A stretch of 64,000 nucleotides of DNA from an uncultured Bacteroidales bacterium. GTDB taxonomy: Bacteria; Bacteroidota; Bacteroidia; Bacteroidales; Muribaculaceae. Location of the stretch: assembly GCA_902792435.1 (NCBI GenBank), contig CADAZN010000014.1, positions 40,224-104,223 of the forward strand. Reading direction: 5' to 3'. Of the stretch, positions 46,805 to 56,149 are shown piece by piece. The position numbers and the translations under genes are program-made. The notes beneath the pieces were generated by a model, which did not search any database, had not been told where the DNA came from, and saw nothing but the letters and a program-made list of their open reading frames with translations. The stretch's first letter is position 1, and the number at the start of each line of letters is the position of its first letter.

Positions 46805-48112
46805 TTATTCAACCCCAAGCAGGATGTTGTAGATTGCAGTAATGTCGGACGAGGTGATTGCGCCGTCGTTGTTTACATCGCTTGTTTCATAGAACGTCAT
46901 GTCGCCGTTGAGAAGGTAGTTGTAAAGTGCTGTAATATCTGAGGCACTTAAACTGCCGTCGCCGTTCACGTCACCCGCTACCGCTACATCTTGCTTGTTG
47001 GGATACAAGCCAACGTACATTGCCTGCCAGTCATCGTAGGTGTAGAGCCCTGGATCGAGCACAGCAATGTCAAAAAATCCATTCTCCTGTCCGTGCCATC
47101 CCCAGTTGACATGCACCAATCCGTTTTCATCATATCCGTCAATGATGAAATTGTGTCCCCCAAAGATGCCCAGCTCGATGTTGATGTCGCGTGCCGAGTA
47201 GAAAATTGGGCGACGGTTGCTAATCTCGGTGTAGACCATTTCCATCCACTCAGGCTCGGTGTAACGAGACCTGATAATGTAATGAGCAGTGTCGTTATAG
47301 TTGAAATGGTTGATAAAAGCGTTGATGCATTTAGTGTCGCTGGAGCCAGTGCCAAATTGATCGTAGGTTGATTGCGCTGCCACACTGCAGTAGTAACATA
47401 ACTGCGCTGCTGCTTGCGCTTGCTCGAGGGTGTACTCGCCGTTGTAATCGTCAATCATGTTGTCCCAATCAAAAGGAGTCTGCTCGAAGTCGACCTTGAA
47501 AGTCACATTCCGCGTGGTGCTTGTGCCAGGAATTTCATACTTTACCGTTACCGAGTCTTGACCAAAGCCGTGAGCAGGGAACTTGTAATAATTCATAAAC
47601 TGAGCCATAGCAACACCCACGCATCCAACCACATAATGATTGTCGCTGGGAAAATACTCACCACCTAGCGGTTGTCCGTCAACCCACGTTTTGAGTGGCT
47701 CCATGTAGTTGAAGGGCTCATGTTGCCCCCACAATGTGGTGATGAGCGAATCTACTCTTGCGGGAAACCGTGCTGGGTCGGGGGGAGTGGTGGGATAAAC
47801 GTTTGGAGCGTTTTTCACGGCATTCATCCACCAGTTAAAACCTGGATTCTTGTCGTTGAGGTCGAGTCGAGAGCTCTCGGAATAGGCGATTACTTGATTG
47901 CGAGTGCCATCATTTTTCACGACTGCGAAGCCACCACCGTCTTTCTCAAACAGAGCCAGCTTGTCATTACCAGCCACTTGCTTAACAGTAGCAGGGAAAC
48001 CTTTGCCAATCTTGGCTTGAGCAACATTAAGCATTGAGCGATGGGCACTATCTTGTGCCTGCGTCGAGAAAACGACAGTCAATGCAGCAAAAAATGTAAT
48101 AAGTGTTCTCAT
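46805..48112 (-). CDS. C10 family cysteine peptidase (streptopain-like) with C-terminal dockerin-like module
   Basis: Catalytic contexts VVGCVGVAMAQFMNYY (Cys), GGHNFIIDGYD (His) and VNWGWHG. An N-terminal propeptide-like region follows the signal peptide (ATG 48112). The dockerin pair lies at 46805-46975. Confidence 0.8.
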   Translation of the reverse strand: MRTLITFFAALTVVFSTQAQDSAHRSMLNVAQAKIGKGFPATVKQVAGNDKLALFEKDGGGFAVVKNDGTRNQVIAYSESSRLDLNDKNPGFNWWMNAVKNAPNVYPTTPPDPARFPARVDSLITTLWGQHEPFNYMEPLKTWVDGQPLGGEYFPSDNHYVVGCVGVAMAQFMNYYKFPAHGFGQDSVTVKYEIPGTSTTRNVTFKVDFEQTPFDWDNMIDDYNGEYTLEQAQAAAQLCYYCSVAAQSTYDQFGTGSSDTKCINAFINHFNYNDTAHYIIRSRYTEPEWMEMVYTEISNRRPIFYSARDINIELGIFGGHNFIIDGYDENGLVHVNWGWHGQENGFFDIAVLDPGLYTYDDWQAMYVGLYPNKQDVAVAGDVNGDGSLSASDITALYNYLLNGDMTFYETSDVNNDGAITSSDITAIYNILLGVE

Positions 48113-48401
48113 GTACATTTGGTTTATTATTTTTGTGTTTAGCAATGGCAAAAATATGTAGAAAAGATGATTGATGCAAGTTTTTTAGACAAATAGGTTT
48201 AAAGACTGCATAAAACTGTAGTGCCACAGTGCCTATTACCTTTATTCACAGTATTATTTTATTGGGTACAGCGATGAAATCTCACACATGATTATTGCAA
48301 ACAAAGAAATAAATACCTAATTTTGTTGGCCTAAACACCTCTCCATGTTGGTAGGTTGAGATAAAAATACATAAGTTTTATAATCATAGATTTTAACTAA
48401 A

Positions 48402-48874
48402 ATGTTTAAAAGGGCCATCTTCTTACTAGTTGTGATTGCCGCTACAAGTGTGATGCTCAATGCGGAACAAGTGAGCGAGACACAGGCAAGAGCCATTGCC
48501 TCGCAGTTCTTTAACACCTCATTGCCAGTGCAGGCACCAGCAATGAAATCCAAAATCAAGGGAAAGAGCGGTGCGACGCCTTACTATGTGTACAACAACC
48601 CCGCGCAGCCTGGATGGGTAATCGTTGCTGGCGATGATCGTGCTCGCTCTGTCCTCGCCTACGGCGACGAGTACTACTTCGATGCCGATGAAGTGCCCGA
48701 CTGCGTGCAAGACTGGCTTGACGACTATGCACAGCAAATTGTCAAAATTGACAACGCCACTTGCTTAACAACGACAGCAGCCACATCGTGAACGGCGACC
48801 AAACTGGCGACGGCATCATCACCGCTGCCGATATCACCGCGGTTTATACCATCATGCTAAGCAGCAAAGAATAA
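48402..48874 (+). pseudogene. Decayed C10 peptidase: intact signal peptide and propeptide, catalytic domain deleted, dockerin remnant out of frame
   Basis: 48402-48750 encodes a close paralog of the propeptides of 51065.. and 53473.. (QARAIASQFFN...PGWVIVAGDDRARSVLAYGDE...VQDWLDDYAQQI). After a stop at 48789-48791, a different frame reads NGDQTGDGIITAADITAVYTIML to a TAA at 48872-48874, followed by a terminator. Confidence 0.75.
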
Positions 48875-48891
48875 TAATCAATGCACAATCT

Positions 48892-48918
48892 AAGCGCCTT
48901 TCGGGGCGCTTATTTTTT
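48892..48918 (+). terminator. Rho-independent terminator after the decayed C10 gene
   Basis: aagcgcc-tttcgg-ggcgctt, followed by attttttg. Confidence 0.6.
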
Positions 48919-49309
48919 GCGCTACCTATTTTTGGAAGACAATTAAGGACAAACGATGTTGCAATAGACTCTGTTTTATTAAGGACAATTGCTCCCTCTG
49001 CGTTAGATGCTCGAAGGGCGCGCTCCGCGCTTAAAATGGAATGAAAATTTAAAGAAAAAAATACCCCGAGCGACTATGAAATTTTAAATCAAATTTTAAA
49101 TAAATTTTAAGCGAAGCGCCCATCCTGCATCAAGGGGGGGATAAACCGAAACGTAGGGGAAAACTGCAACACTGCTTTTATGTATTGATTAAAAGGAAAA
49201 AATGCGGTCGTTATTGGTGGAAGCGAAAAAATATACTAACTTTGCAAATTGCAATAATTTCATCTAAATTGTTTCAGAAACTAAGAGTTACACTATAAAT
49301 CACAATACA

Positions 49310-50374
49310 ATGGTGAAAAAGGTTGTTTCAGCATTATTAAAATATGGAATCCCCATTGCCATCAGTGTGGGACTGGCATGGTTCTTGTCAAAAAATGTGG
49401 ACTGGGGGGCTATCAAGCAGAGCTTAAGTAACGATGTCAACTATTGGTGGTTTGTGCCTGTGATAGTGGTGAGCATCTTTAGCCATATCTTCAGGGCGTT
49501 GCGCTGGCGACTGCAGCTCAATGCCATAGGCATCAAGCCCTCGCTCAGTGCGCTCATAAACTCAATTTTTGGCACCTACTTTGTGAACTTGCTGTTTCCT
49601 CGCTTGGGCGAGGTGTGGCGCTCGGGCTACATCGCTCAGCGCGAGAAGGCGTCGTTCACCCAGGTGCTGGGCTCGATGGTGGGCGACCGCTTGAGCGATA
49701 CAGTGACAGTGGGACTGCTAACCGTTTTCACCTTTTTCATCGCGCAGGATGCCTTCATCAAGTTCTTTGACCAGCGTGGCGACGGTGGGGGCTCAATCTA
49801 CACCTCATGGGTGTTTTGGCTGCTGGTAGTGCTAGGCGTCTTGGGTGTGCTAGCTCTTGTGTGGATATTCCGCAGCAAGAGCAAGAACAAGGTCATTGCC
49901 AAGATTAGATTGATGCTTCGCAACTTGTGGGACGGCTTTGCTGCCATCGGCAAGATGGACGGCAAGTGGATGTTCGTGCTTTACACCATCCTGATTTGGG
50001 GCTGTTACTTTATGCAATTATATCTTGCCTCGTTTGCCTTCTCATGCACCAAGGATTTAGGCGTAGTGGCCATCCTTGTCCTCTTCGTCCTAAGCAGCAT
50101 TGGCATGGCAGTGCCTAGCAACGGCGGCCTTGGCCCATGGCAGTTTGCCATTATTTTTGGTCTTACTCTCTATGGTGTGGGAGCTTTCCCTCCCAGCACT
50201 CCTTACGATCCTCAGGCCTCGGCCTTTGCATGGGTGGTGTGGGGCGTGCAAACGTGCCTTCTCATTGTGCTTGGCGTCTACGCATTCATCAGCATGGCTA
50301 TCGACCGCAAGCGCATCGCTCAGGGAAAGACAGTGATAAAAACCGAGAGCACTGGTGACGGCATGAGCATTTAA
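49310..50374 (+). CDS. UPF0104/LPG-synthase-TM-like (flippase-like) integral membrane protein
   Basis: About 8 TM segments with the characteristic FRALRWRLQL motif near TM2. A TAACTTTG -7 box lies at 49237-49244. Confidence 0.7.
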   Translation: MVKKVVSALLKYGIPIAISVGLAWFLSKNVDWGAIKQSLSNDVNYWWFVPVIVVSIFSHIFRALRWRLQLNAIGIKPSLSALINSIFGTYFVNLLFPRLGEVWRSGYIAQREKASFTQVLGSMVGDRLSDTVTVGLLTVFTFFIAQDAFIKFFDQRGDGGGSIYTSWVFWLLVVLGVLGVLALVWIFRSKSKNKVIAKIRLMLRNLWDGFAAIGKMDGKWMFVLYTILIWGCYFMQLYLASFAFSCTKDLGVVAILVLFVLSSIGMAVPSNGGLGPWQFAIIFGLTLYGVGAFPPSTPYDPQASAFAWVVWGVQTCLLIVLGVYAFISMAIDRKRIAQGKTVIKTESTGDGMSI

Positions 50375-50375
50375 T

Positions 50376-50431
50376 CAACTCATAACTCATAACTGAATAC
50401 TCACAACTGATAACTGATAACTCTGAACTAA
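50376..50431. repeat. Heptad array (T/C)AACT(C/G)A x8 filling the whole spacer between two same-strand genes
   Basis: caactca taactca taactga atactca caactga taactga taactct gaactaa. Confidence 0.85.
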
Positions 50432-50432
50432 T

Positions 50433-51011
50433 ATGAAACTCATTGACGACAACTTTGACGACTATTTTGAGAGCGGTGCACCCAAGAAGAACAATGTTCC
50501 CCACGAGGAAACCGAAGAAGAGCGTGAAGAACGCGAGCTAATCGAGACTACCATTGAGCGTCGCAGCAACAAGAAGCGCATATTGCTTGCGCTGGGCTCG
50601 CTTGTGGTGATTCTGTTGCTGGTTTTCATCATCCGTGACCAGTTCTTCAGTGTCTATCAGGAAAAAGATGTGAAAGGGCGCATTCTGGACATTGCCCTGC
50701 GCGGCACAATCTTCAACACCTACGAGGCACAGATGCTGTGCTACGATGTTGTCGCACCAGGCAATGTGCTCAAGAGCGAGTTCAATTTCTCGGTGTCAAA
50801 CGACTCGATTGTTAAGAAACTGGGAGAATTAAAGCAGACTCCGCTTGCCGTGCAAGTGCATTTCAAGGAATATAAGCACAGTGTGCCATGGCGTGGCGAG
50901 ACAAAATATGTGGTTACTGCAATCGACACTGTCACCATCAGTTCCTATGTTGACAATGTAAAGGATATCCCACTGCCACCCAAGCCTCAAGAGCCCGAAA
51001 AAAAGAAATGA
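50433..51011 (+). CDS. Hypothetical single-pass membrane protein (acidic N-terminus, ~115-aa beta-rich C-terminal domain, Pro/Lys tail)
   Basis: TM segment ILLALGSLVVILLLVFII. I recognise no family. It sits 54 nt upstream of a C10 peptidase gene. Confidence 0.6.
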   Translation: MKLIDDNFDDYFESGAPKKNNVPHEETEEEREERELIETTIERRSNKKRILLALGSLVVILLLVFIIRDQFFSVYQEKDVKGRILDIALRGTIFNTYEAQMLCYDVVAPGNVLKSEFNFSVSNDSIVKKLGELKQTPLAVQVHFKEYKHSVPWRGETKYVVTAIDTVTISSYVDNVKDIPLPPKPQEPEKKK

Positions 51012-51064
51012 GTTAACTCCTAATATAATTGTAAGTCTTTAGATTTCATACCATTACACCTATC

Positions 51065-53437
51065 ATGAGTAAAAAAATAATAGCTTTACTGATAATAGCC
51101 CTTGCAGCATTTGATGCTGTGAATGCTGCGATAGTGACCGAGTCACAAGCCCGCACTATTGCTGGGCGCTTCTTCAACGTTGACATGCCCGCGCGGCCAG
51201 CTGCGATGAAGGCCAAAGGCAAGAGAGGCAATGCAGCCCCATTCTATGTGTTTAACAACCCCGAGCAGCCAGGATGGGTGATAGTGGCCGGCGACGACCG
51301 AGCACGCACCATTCTTGCCTATGGCGATGAGGATTATTTCGACGAGGGCGAGGTGCCCGAGTGCGTTCAAGACTGGCTCAGCGGTTATGTGGAACAAATC
51401 GAGGCTATCGACAAAGTCGAGGCCGAGCCACAGGTAGTCACCGAAGCAAGTGTGATAGGTGCAACGAAAACGAAAATAGCTCCGCTTCTATGCACCAAGT
51501 GGGCACAAGGCTTGCCTTTCAACCAAGGGTGCCCTAGCTACTCTACAACCGATGGCACTAGCTACTGCCCGGCAGGTTGTGTTGCAATTGCTATGGCTCA
51601 AATCATGTATTATTACAAGTCGAGTTATGGCTGCAATGCCATTCCTGCTTATACCTCAAATTACGACGGTTTCATCAACGAGCGCCCAGCACTTCCTAAA
51701 ACCACCTTCAACTGGGCAATCATGAATCCTTGGTATCACAATCAAGCCAGCTCCTCTACTAGTGCTAAGGAGGTTCAGAAGCTTGTGAAATACTGTGGTC
51801 AGGCAGTGCAAATGGACTATGGAAAGAAAACGTCGAGCGCCACTAGCCAACGCAATGCTTTTACCTACTACTTTGGCTATGACAAACTTAGCCAGCAAAT
51901 CAAGCGCGAGGATGTGAACGCCACTACGTGGGAAAACGTCATCTACACCGAGATTGCATCGGGGCGTCCTGTCTACTTCAGCGCGCGCAAGCTCAATGGT
52001 GGGCACGCATTCATTTGCGACGGATATGATGGGAATGGACTATACCACATCAACTGGGGATGGCGGGGTAGCAACAATGGCTTCTTCGCTCTCAATGCAT
52101 TGAGCGACGGCAATAGCGGTGGCACTGGTGCCGCCAGCGGTGAGGAAGGTTACACTATGAGTCTTCAGGTCATTATCGGTCTTGAGCCAAGCAAATCTAA
52201 TTCGACAAGCACTGACTACAACACTGTGGCACTATATAGAAACGATGACGATAATATTGTTCCTGTTCAGGTCCCCACCACTAGCTACAGCCGTTCGGGC
52301 ACGTCGTCTTCGTTTACCGATGTGAAACTTATTGCCAACTACTGGAACAACTCTAGCCAGACCTACACCTACGACTTGGGTTGGGCGCTCTACGACAGCA
52401 ACGGTAATGTCAAGAGCGTACACACTGTGGTAAGCGGTAAGAGCATCCAGCCTGGTTACTACACCTATCCCACTAGCAGCATTGCAATTGGCAGTGGTCT
52501 ATCGTCGGGCACCTATTATCTTAAGCCCATTTGCCGCCTCAGTGGTCAAAACACATGGTACTTGGTTCGTGGAGCCCAAATGAACTATGTGAAAGCTAAA
52601 ATCACCTCAACCAGTCTCACTCTTGAAGTGTTTGACGATTTGAAAATGCAGAACCTGAAAATCAATTCAGTGACATTTGGCTCGGTGAAGAAGGTTGGCA
52701 GCCCACTGGAAATAAAGTTGGGAGTTTCTAATCAAGGCCAAACCGATTACAGTTACATCTACATGTGGGTCAACAACACTCTCGTGAGCGCCACTACAAC
52801 CGACGTGGCAGCAGGTGGTAGCGGCATTGTGACAATGTACCACACTCCATCGCAGGTGGGCACCAACAGCTTTAAATTCACTGCCGATCGTCAAGGGACC
52901 AAGACCCTTTACACCACCAGCGTGAACATTGGCGCTGCAACTGCTGCATCGTTCACCGCAAGCAACTCGTCCACCATGTCGGGCACTACAATAACTGTAA
53001 AGAGCGTGCTCAAGAACACTGGTTCGGCAACCTACAACGACTACATTGTGGCCAAGATGTGGAAACACTGGCCCACATCGGGCAACACAGGCTATAGCGA
53101 CAATTCAATAGCTCAACCACTTTACCTCAATAGTGGTGGCTCAACAACCTTGAACTTCAAGTTCACTGGTCTTGAGCATGGCACTAAGTACCATTTCTCG
53201 ATTTTCTATTATAGCAACGGTGAACTTGTGAAGGCAGGTGAGAGCACTTACAACATGACTCCCAGCATCTACGACATCAATGAGGACGGCGCTGTGACCG
53301 CTGCCGACATAACAGCCATTTACGATGCTATGCTTAATGGAGACTTGAGATACCTGGGTTACAGCGACCTTAATGGCGACGGCGTAGTAACCGCTGCCGA
53401 TATCACCATGCTTTATACTTATATTTTACAGCAATAA
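51065..53437 (+). CDS. C10 family cysteine peptidase with propeptide, CARDB/Ig-like middle region and C-terminal dockerin-like module
   Basis: Propeptide QARTIAGRFFN, Cys context CPAGCVAIAMAQIMYYY, His context GGHAFICDGYD and INWGWRG. The dockerin pair DINEDGAVTAADITAIY...DLNGDGVVTAADITMLY lies at 53270-53434. Confidence 0.85.
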   Translation: MSKKIIALLIIALAAFDAVNAAIVTESQARTIAGRFFNVDMPARPAAMKAKGKRGNAAPFYVFNNPEQPGWVIVAGDDRARTILAYGDEDYFDEGEVPECVQDWLSGYVEQIEAIDKVEAEPQVVTEASVIGATKTKIAPLLCTKWAQGLPFNQGCPSYSTTDGTSYCPAGCVAIAMAQIMYYYKSSYGCNAIPAYTSNYDGFINERPALPKTTFNWAIMNPWYHNQASSSTSAKEVQKLVKYCGQAVQMDYGKKTSSATSQRNAFTYYFGYDKLSQQIKREDVNATTWENVIYTEIASGRPVYFSARKLNGGHAFICDGYDGNGLYHINWGWRGSNNGFFALNALSDGNSGGTGAASGEEGYTMSLQVIIGLEPSKSNSTSTDYNTVALYRNDDDNIVPVQVPTTSYSRSGTSSSFTDVKLIANYWNNSSQTYTYDLGWALYDSNGNVKSVHTVVSGKSIQPGYYTYPTSSIAIGSGLSSGTYYLKPICRLSGQNTWYLVRGAQMNYVKAKITSTSLTLEVFDDLKMQNLKINSVTFGSVKKVGSPLEIKLGVSNQGQTDYSYIYMWVNNTLVSATTTDVAAGGSGIVTMYHTPSQVGTNSFKFTADRQGTKTLYTTSVNIGAATAASFTASNSSTMSGTTITVKSVLKNTGSATYNDYIVAKMWKHWPTSGNTGYSDNSIAQPLYLNSGGSTTLNFKFTGLEHGTKYHFSIFYYSNGELVKAGESTYNMTPSIYDINEDGAVTAADITAIYDAMLNGDLRYLGYSDLNGDGVVTAADITMLYTYILQQ

Positions 53438-53472
53438 CCTGTTTTTTTCAGTTAAATAACGATGCTAATACC

Positions 53473-55818
53473 ATGAGAAAGATATCTTTTTGGATATTGG
53501 TGACAATCGCTGCGTTTCTAAACGTAGTGAGTGCCACCACGGTTACCGAGAGCCAGGCCCGCGCCATTGCTGGCAGGTTTTTCAATGTGGACATGCCACA
53601 ACGGCCAGCGGCATTGAAGGGCAAAGGTGCTGCGGCAGCCTATTATGTGTTCAACAATCCCGAGCAGCCTGGGTGGGTGATAGTCGCTGGCGACGACCGG
53701 GCGCTCACCATTCTTGCCTATGGCAACGAGGGTTATTTCGACGACACCGAAGTGCCCGAGTGCGTTCAGGACTGGCTCAATGACTATGCCGAGCAGCTGG
53801 AGCATCTCGACACCGCACAAAATCTCTCCCCTCTCGACTCTCCCCTCTCAACTGTTTCAGCAGGCAACAAAATGCGCGTCGCTCCGTTGCTTAGCTGCAA
53901 CTGGGCGCAGGGGCTGCCCTTCAACCAGCAATGCCCCACCTACACCACATCTTCGGGGGCTACAAGTTACTGCCCAGCAGGCTGTGTGGCCACAGCAATG
54001 GCGCAGATTCTGTACTACTACAAGTCGGGCACTCCCACTGCTGTCCTTCCTGCCTACACCTCGAGCACTCTCGATAATTACTTGGAAGAACTGCCTGCCA
54101 CCACGTTCAACTACAGCATTATGAACGATTGGTATGACAAAGCCGAGAACACCAGCGCCAGCGCTCAAGAAGCAGCGCGCCTGGTGCGCTACTGCGCGCA
54201 ATCGGTAAAGATGAAGTTTGGCAAGTCGTCATCGAGCGCAACTAGCCAGCGCAACGCTTTTGTCTATTACTTTGGTTTTGATAAAGACGCACAACAGCTG
54301 GCACGCACCGACTACACCGCTGCCGAGTGGGAGGACATCGTGTATAACGAGCTTGCCAACGGACGACCAGTTTTCATTAGCGCCCACAAGTCGAGTGGCG
54401 GCCATGCTTTCGTGTGCGATGGCTACACCGATGGCCTTTACCACATCAATTGGGGGTGGCGCGGGCACCAGAACGGATATTTCGCCCTTAATGCCCTCAA
54501 CGACGATAATGCCGGTGGCACAGGAGCAGCAAGCGGCGAGGAAGGTTACACCATCAACGTGCAAATCATGACTGGCTTGCAGCCCGACCTGGGCTCGGGC
54601 ACCAGCACCAATGGCAACATCGTGGGCTTGTACCTGCCATGTGAGGCGGGAGCCACAAGCTACACTCGCAGCAACAGCTCGGAGAACTTCACCGGCGTGT
54701 CGCTCACTGCCTACTATTGGAACTACTCCTCTCAAAACTATGTCTACGACCTGGGATGGGGACTCTATGACAGTGACGGGAACCTTGTGAGCACTCACAA
54801 CGTGGCATCGGGACGCTCGCTGAGCGGAGGTTACTACACCACCATCACTAAGTCGATAAGTTTTGGTAAAGACCTCACTGGCACTTACTATCTCAAACCA
54901 GTGTGCCGCCTCAATGGCAGCAGCACCTATTATCCCTGTCGTGGCTCGGGTGTGAATCACATTAAGGCGACTATCACAGCAACTAAAGTCATTTTGAAGG
55001 CATATGATGAGCAGGAAATGCAGAAATTGAAAATCAACTCGGTGACTGCAGGTCCTATCAAGAAAGTGGGTAGCCCATTGAAGCTCACGCTCAATGTCAC
55101 CAACCAGGGCCTCACCGACTACAGCAGCATCTACATGTGGGTAGATGATAATATGGTTAGTGGCACCTATACCGACATCGCCCCAGGCGAGACAGGCGAC
55201 GTGGTGATGAACTACACCCCATCACAAGCCGGGACCCTAACGTTTGAGTTCACCTCCGACAAGGATGGAACCAAGACTCTCAAGACGCAAAATATCACCA
55301 TCAGTTCGGCAACGGCAGCCACCATCACTGGCAGCACTACATCGTCGGTGACTGGCACAACATTCAACGCTAAGATTGCAGCCAAGAACACCAATACCAA
55401 CACTTACAACGACTACATCGTTGCCAAGCTCTACAAGAAAGAGAACAACGCTGGCTCCAGTGGTTATTACTGCTCAGCACAGTCACAAATTGTGAATCTT
55501 GCGTCAGGCAACACTCAAAATGTGGAGTTTGCCTTTACCAACCTTGACTACAACGAGACCTATTTCGTGATTTTCTACTATTATAATAACGGTGAACTGG
55601 TGCGCATCAACGCCACAGCATCTAGGAAAGTGGAATCACCCTACGATGTGCTCGACGTGAATCAAGACGGAGCAGTAACTTCCAGCGACATCACCGCAAT
55701 CTACGATGTGCTCCTAGGTAATGGAAACCGTTATCGCCCATATAGCGACGTGAATGGCGACGGCTCGGTTACCGCAGCCGACATCACCACCATCTACAAC
55801 TACATCCTCGGCAACTAA
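53473..55818 (+). CDS. C10 family cysteine peptidase, tandem paralog of 51065..53437, C-terminal dockerin-like module
   Basis: Same architecture: CPAGCVATAMAQILYYY, GGHAFVCDGY and INWGWRG, with the dockerin pair at 55654-55815. Confidence 0.85.
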   Translation: MRKISFWILVTIAAFLNVVSATTVTESQARAIAGRFFNVDMPQRPAALKGKGAAAAYYVFNNPEQPGWVIVAGDDRALTILAYGNEGYFDDTEVPECVQDWLNDYAEQLEHLDTAQNLSPLDSPLSTVSAGNKMRVAPLLSCNWAQGLPFNQQCPTYTTSSGATSYCPAGCVATAMAQILYYYKSGTPTAVLPAYTSSTLDNYLEELPATTFNYSIMNDWYDKAENTSASAQEAARLVRYCAQSVKMKFGKSSSSATSQRNAFVYYFGFDKDAQQLARTDYTAAEWEDIVYNELANGRPVFISAHKSSGGHAFVCDGYTDGLYHINWGWRGHQNGYFALNALNDDNAGGTGAASGEEGYTINVQIMTGLQPDLGSGTSTNGNIVGLYLPCEAGATSYTRSNSSENFTGVSLTAYYWNYSSQNYVYDLGWGLYDSDGNLVSTHNVASGRSLSGGYYTTITKSISFGKDLTGTYYLKPVCRLNGSSTYYPCRGSGVNHIKATITATKVILKAYDEQEMQKLKINSVTAGPIKKVGSPLKLTLNVTNQGLTDYSSIYMWVDDNMVSGTYTDIAPGETGDVVMNYTPSQAGTLTFEFTSDKDGTKTLKTQNITISSATAATITGSTTSSVTGTTFNAKIAAKNTNTNTYNDYIVAKLYKKENNAGSSGYYCSAQSQIVNLASGNTQNVEFAFTNLDYNETYFVIFYYYNNGELVRINATASRKVESPYDVLDVNQDGAVTSSDITAIYDVLLGNGNRYRPYSDVNGDGSVTAADITTIYNYILGN

Positions 55819-55858
55819 CCAGGGATAAATATTTAGTAATGAGAAAAAACTAAGGAAA

Positions 55859-56149
55859 TCATCGAAAGATGATATCCTTTATTACTGGCTTGCCCACGAG
55901 GTTGTTGAGCTGGGCGATAAGATTTGAGCGCGAGAGCATGAGGTCGTTGCGCAGCGAGGCCGACGCTATTTTTACCGTTATCACACCGTCGTCGACATAT
56001 CGCTCGGTTGTCAAGCGATTGATGCCTTGTCCCACCACTTGTGGCCACAATCGCAGCGCCTTTTGTTCGAGCACAGCAGTCTCAATGTCCTCTTGCTGCA
56101 TGAAGTCGCCGATAATCTCGGCTATTGATTTAGCATTGGTGCGTTTCAT
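55859..56149 (-). CDS. DUF721 (DciA-like) protein
   Basis: 96 aa with ...ALRLWPQVVG...VITVKIASASLRNDL..., typical of DUF721. It overlaps the recF stop by 4 nt. Confidence 0.75.
   Translation of the reverse strand: MKRTNAKSIAEIIGDFMQQEDIETAVLEQKALRLWPQVVGQGINRLTTERYVDDGVITVKIASASLRNDLMLSRSNLIAQLNNLVGKPVIKDIIFR

Noticed and set aside
48152-48401. Possible invertible (phase-variable) promoter between the divergent C10 gene and the C10 pseudogene.
   Set aside because: I could not find flanking inverted repeats of useful length around the -7 box (48318-48325), and no site-specific recombinase is nearby.
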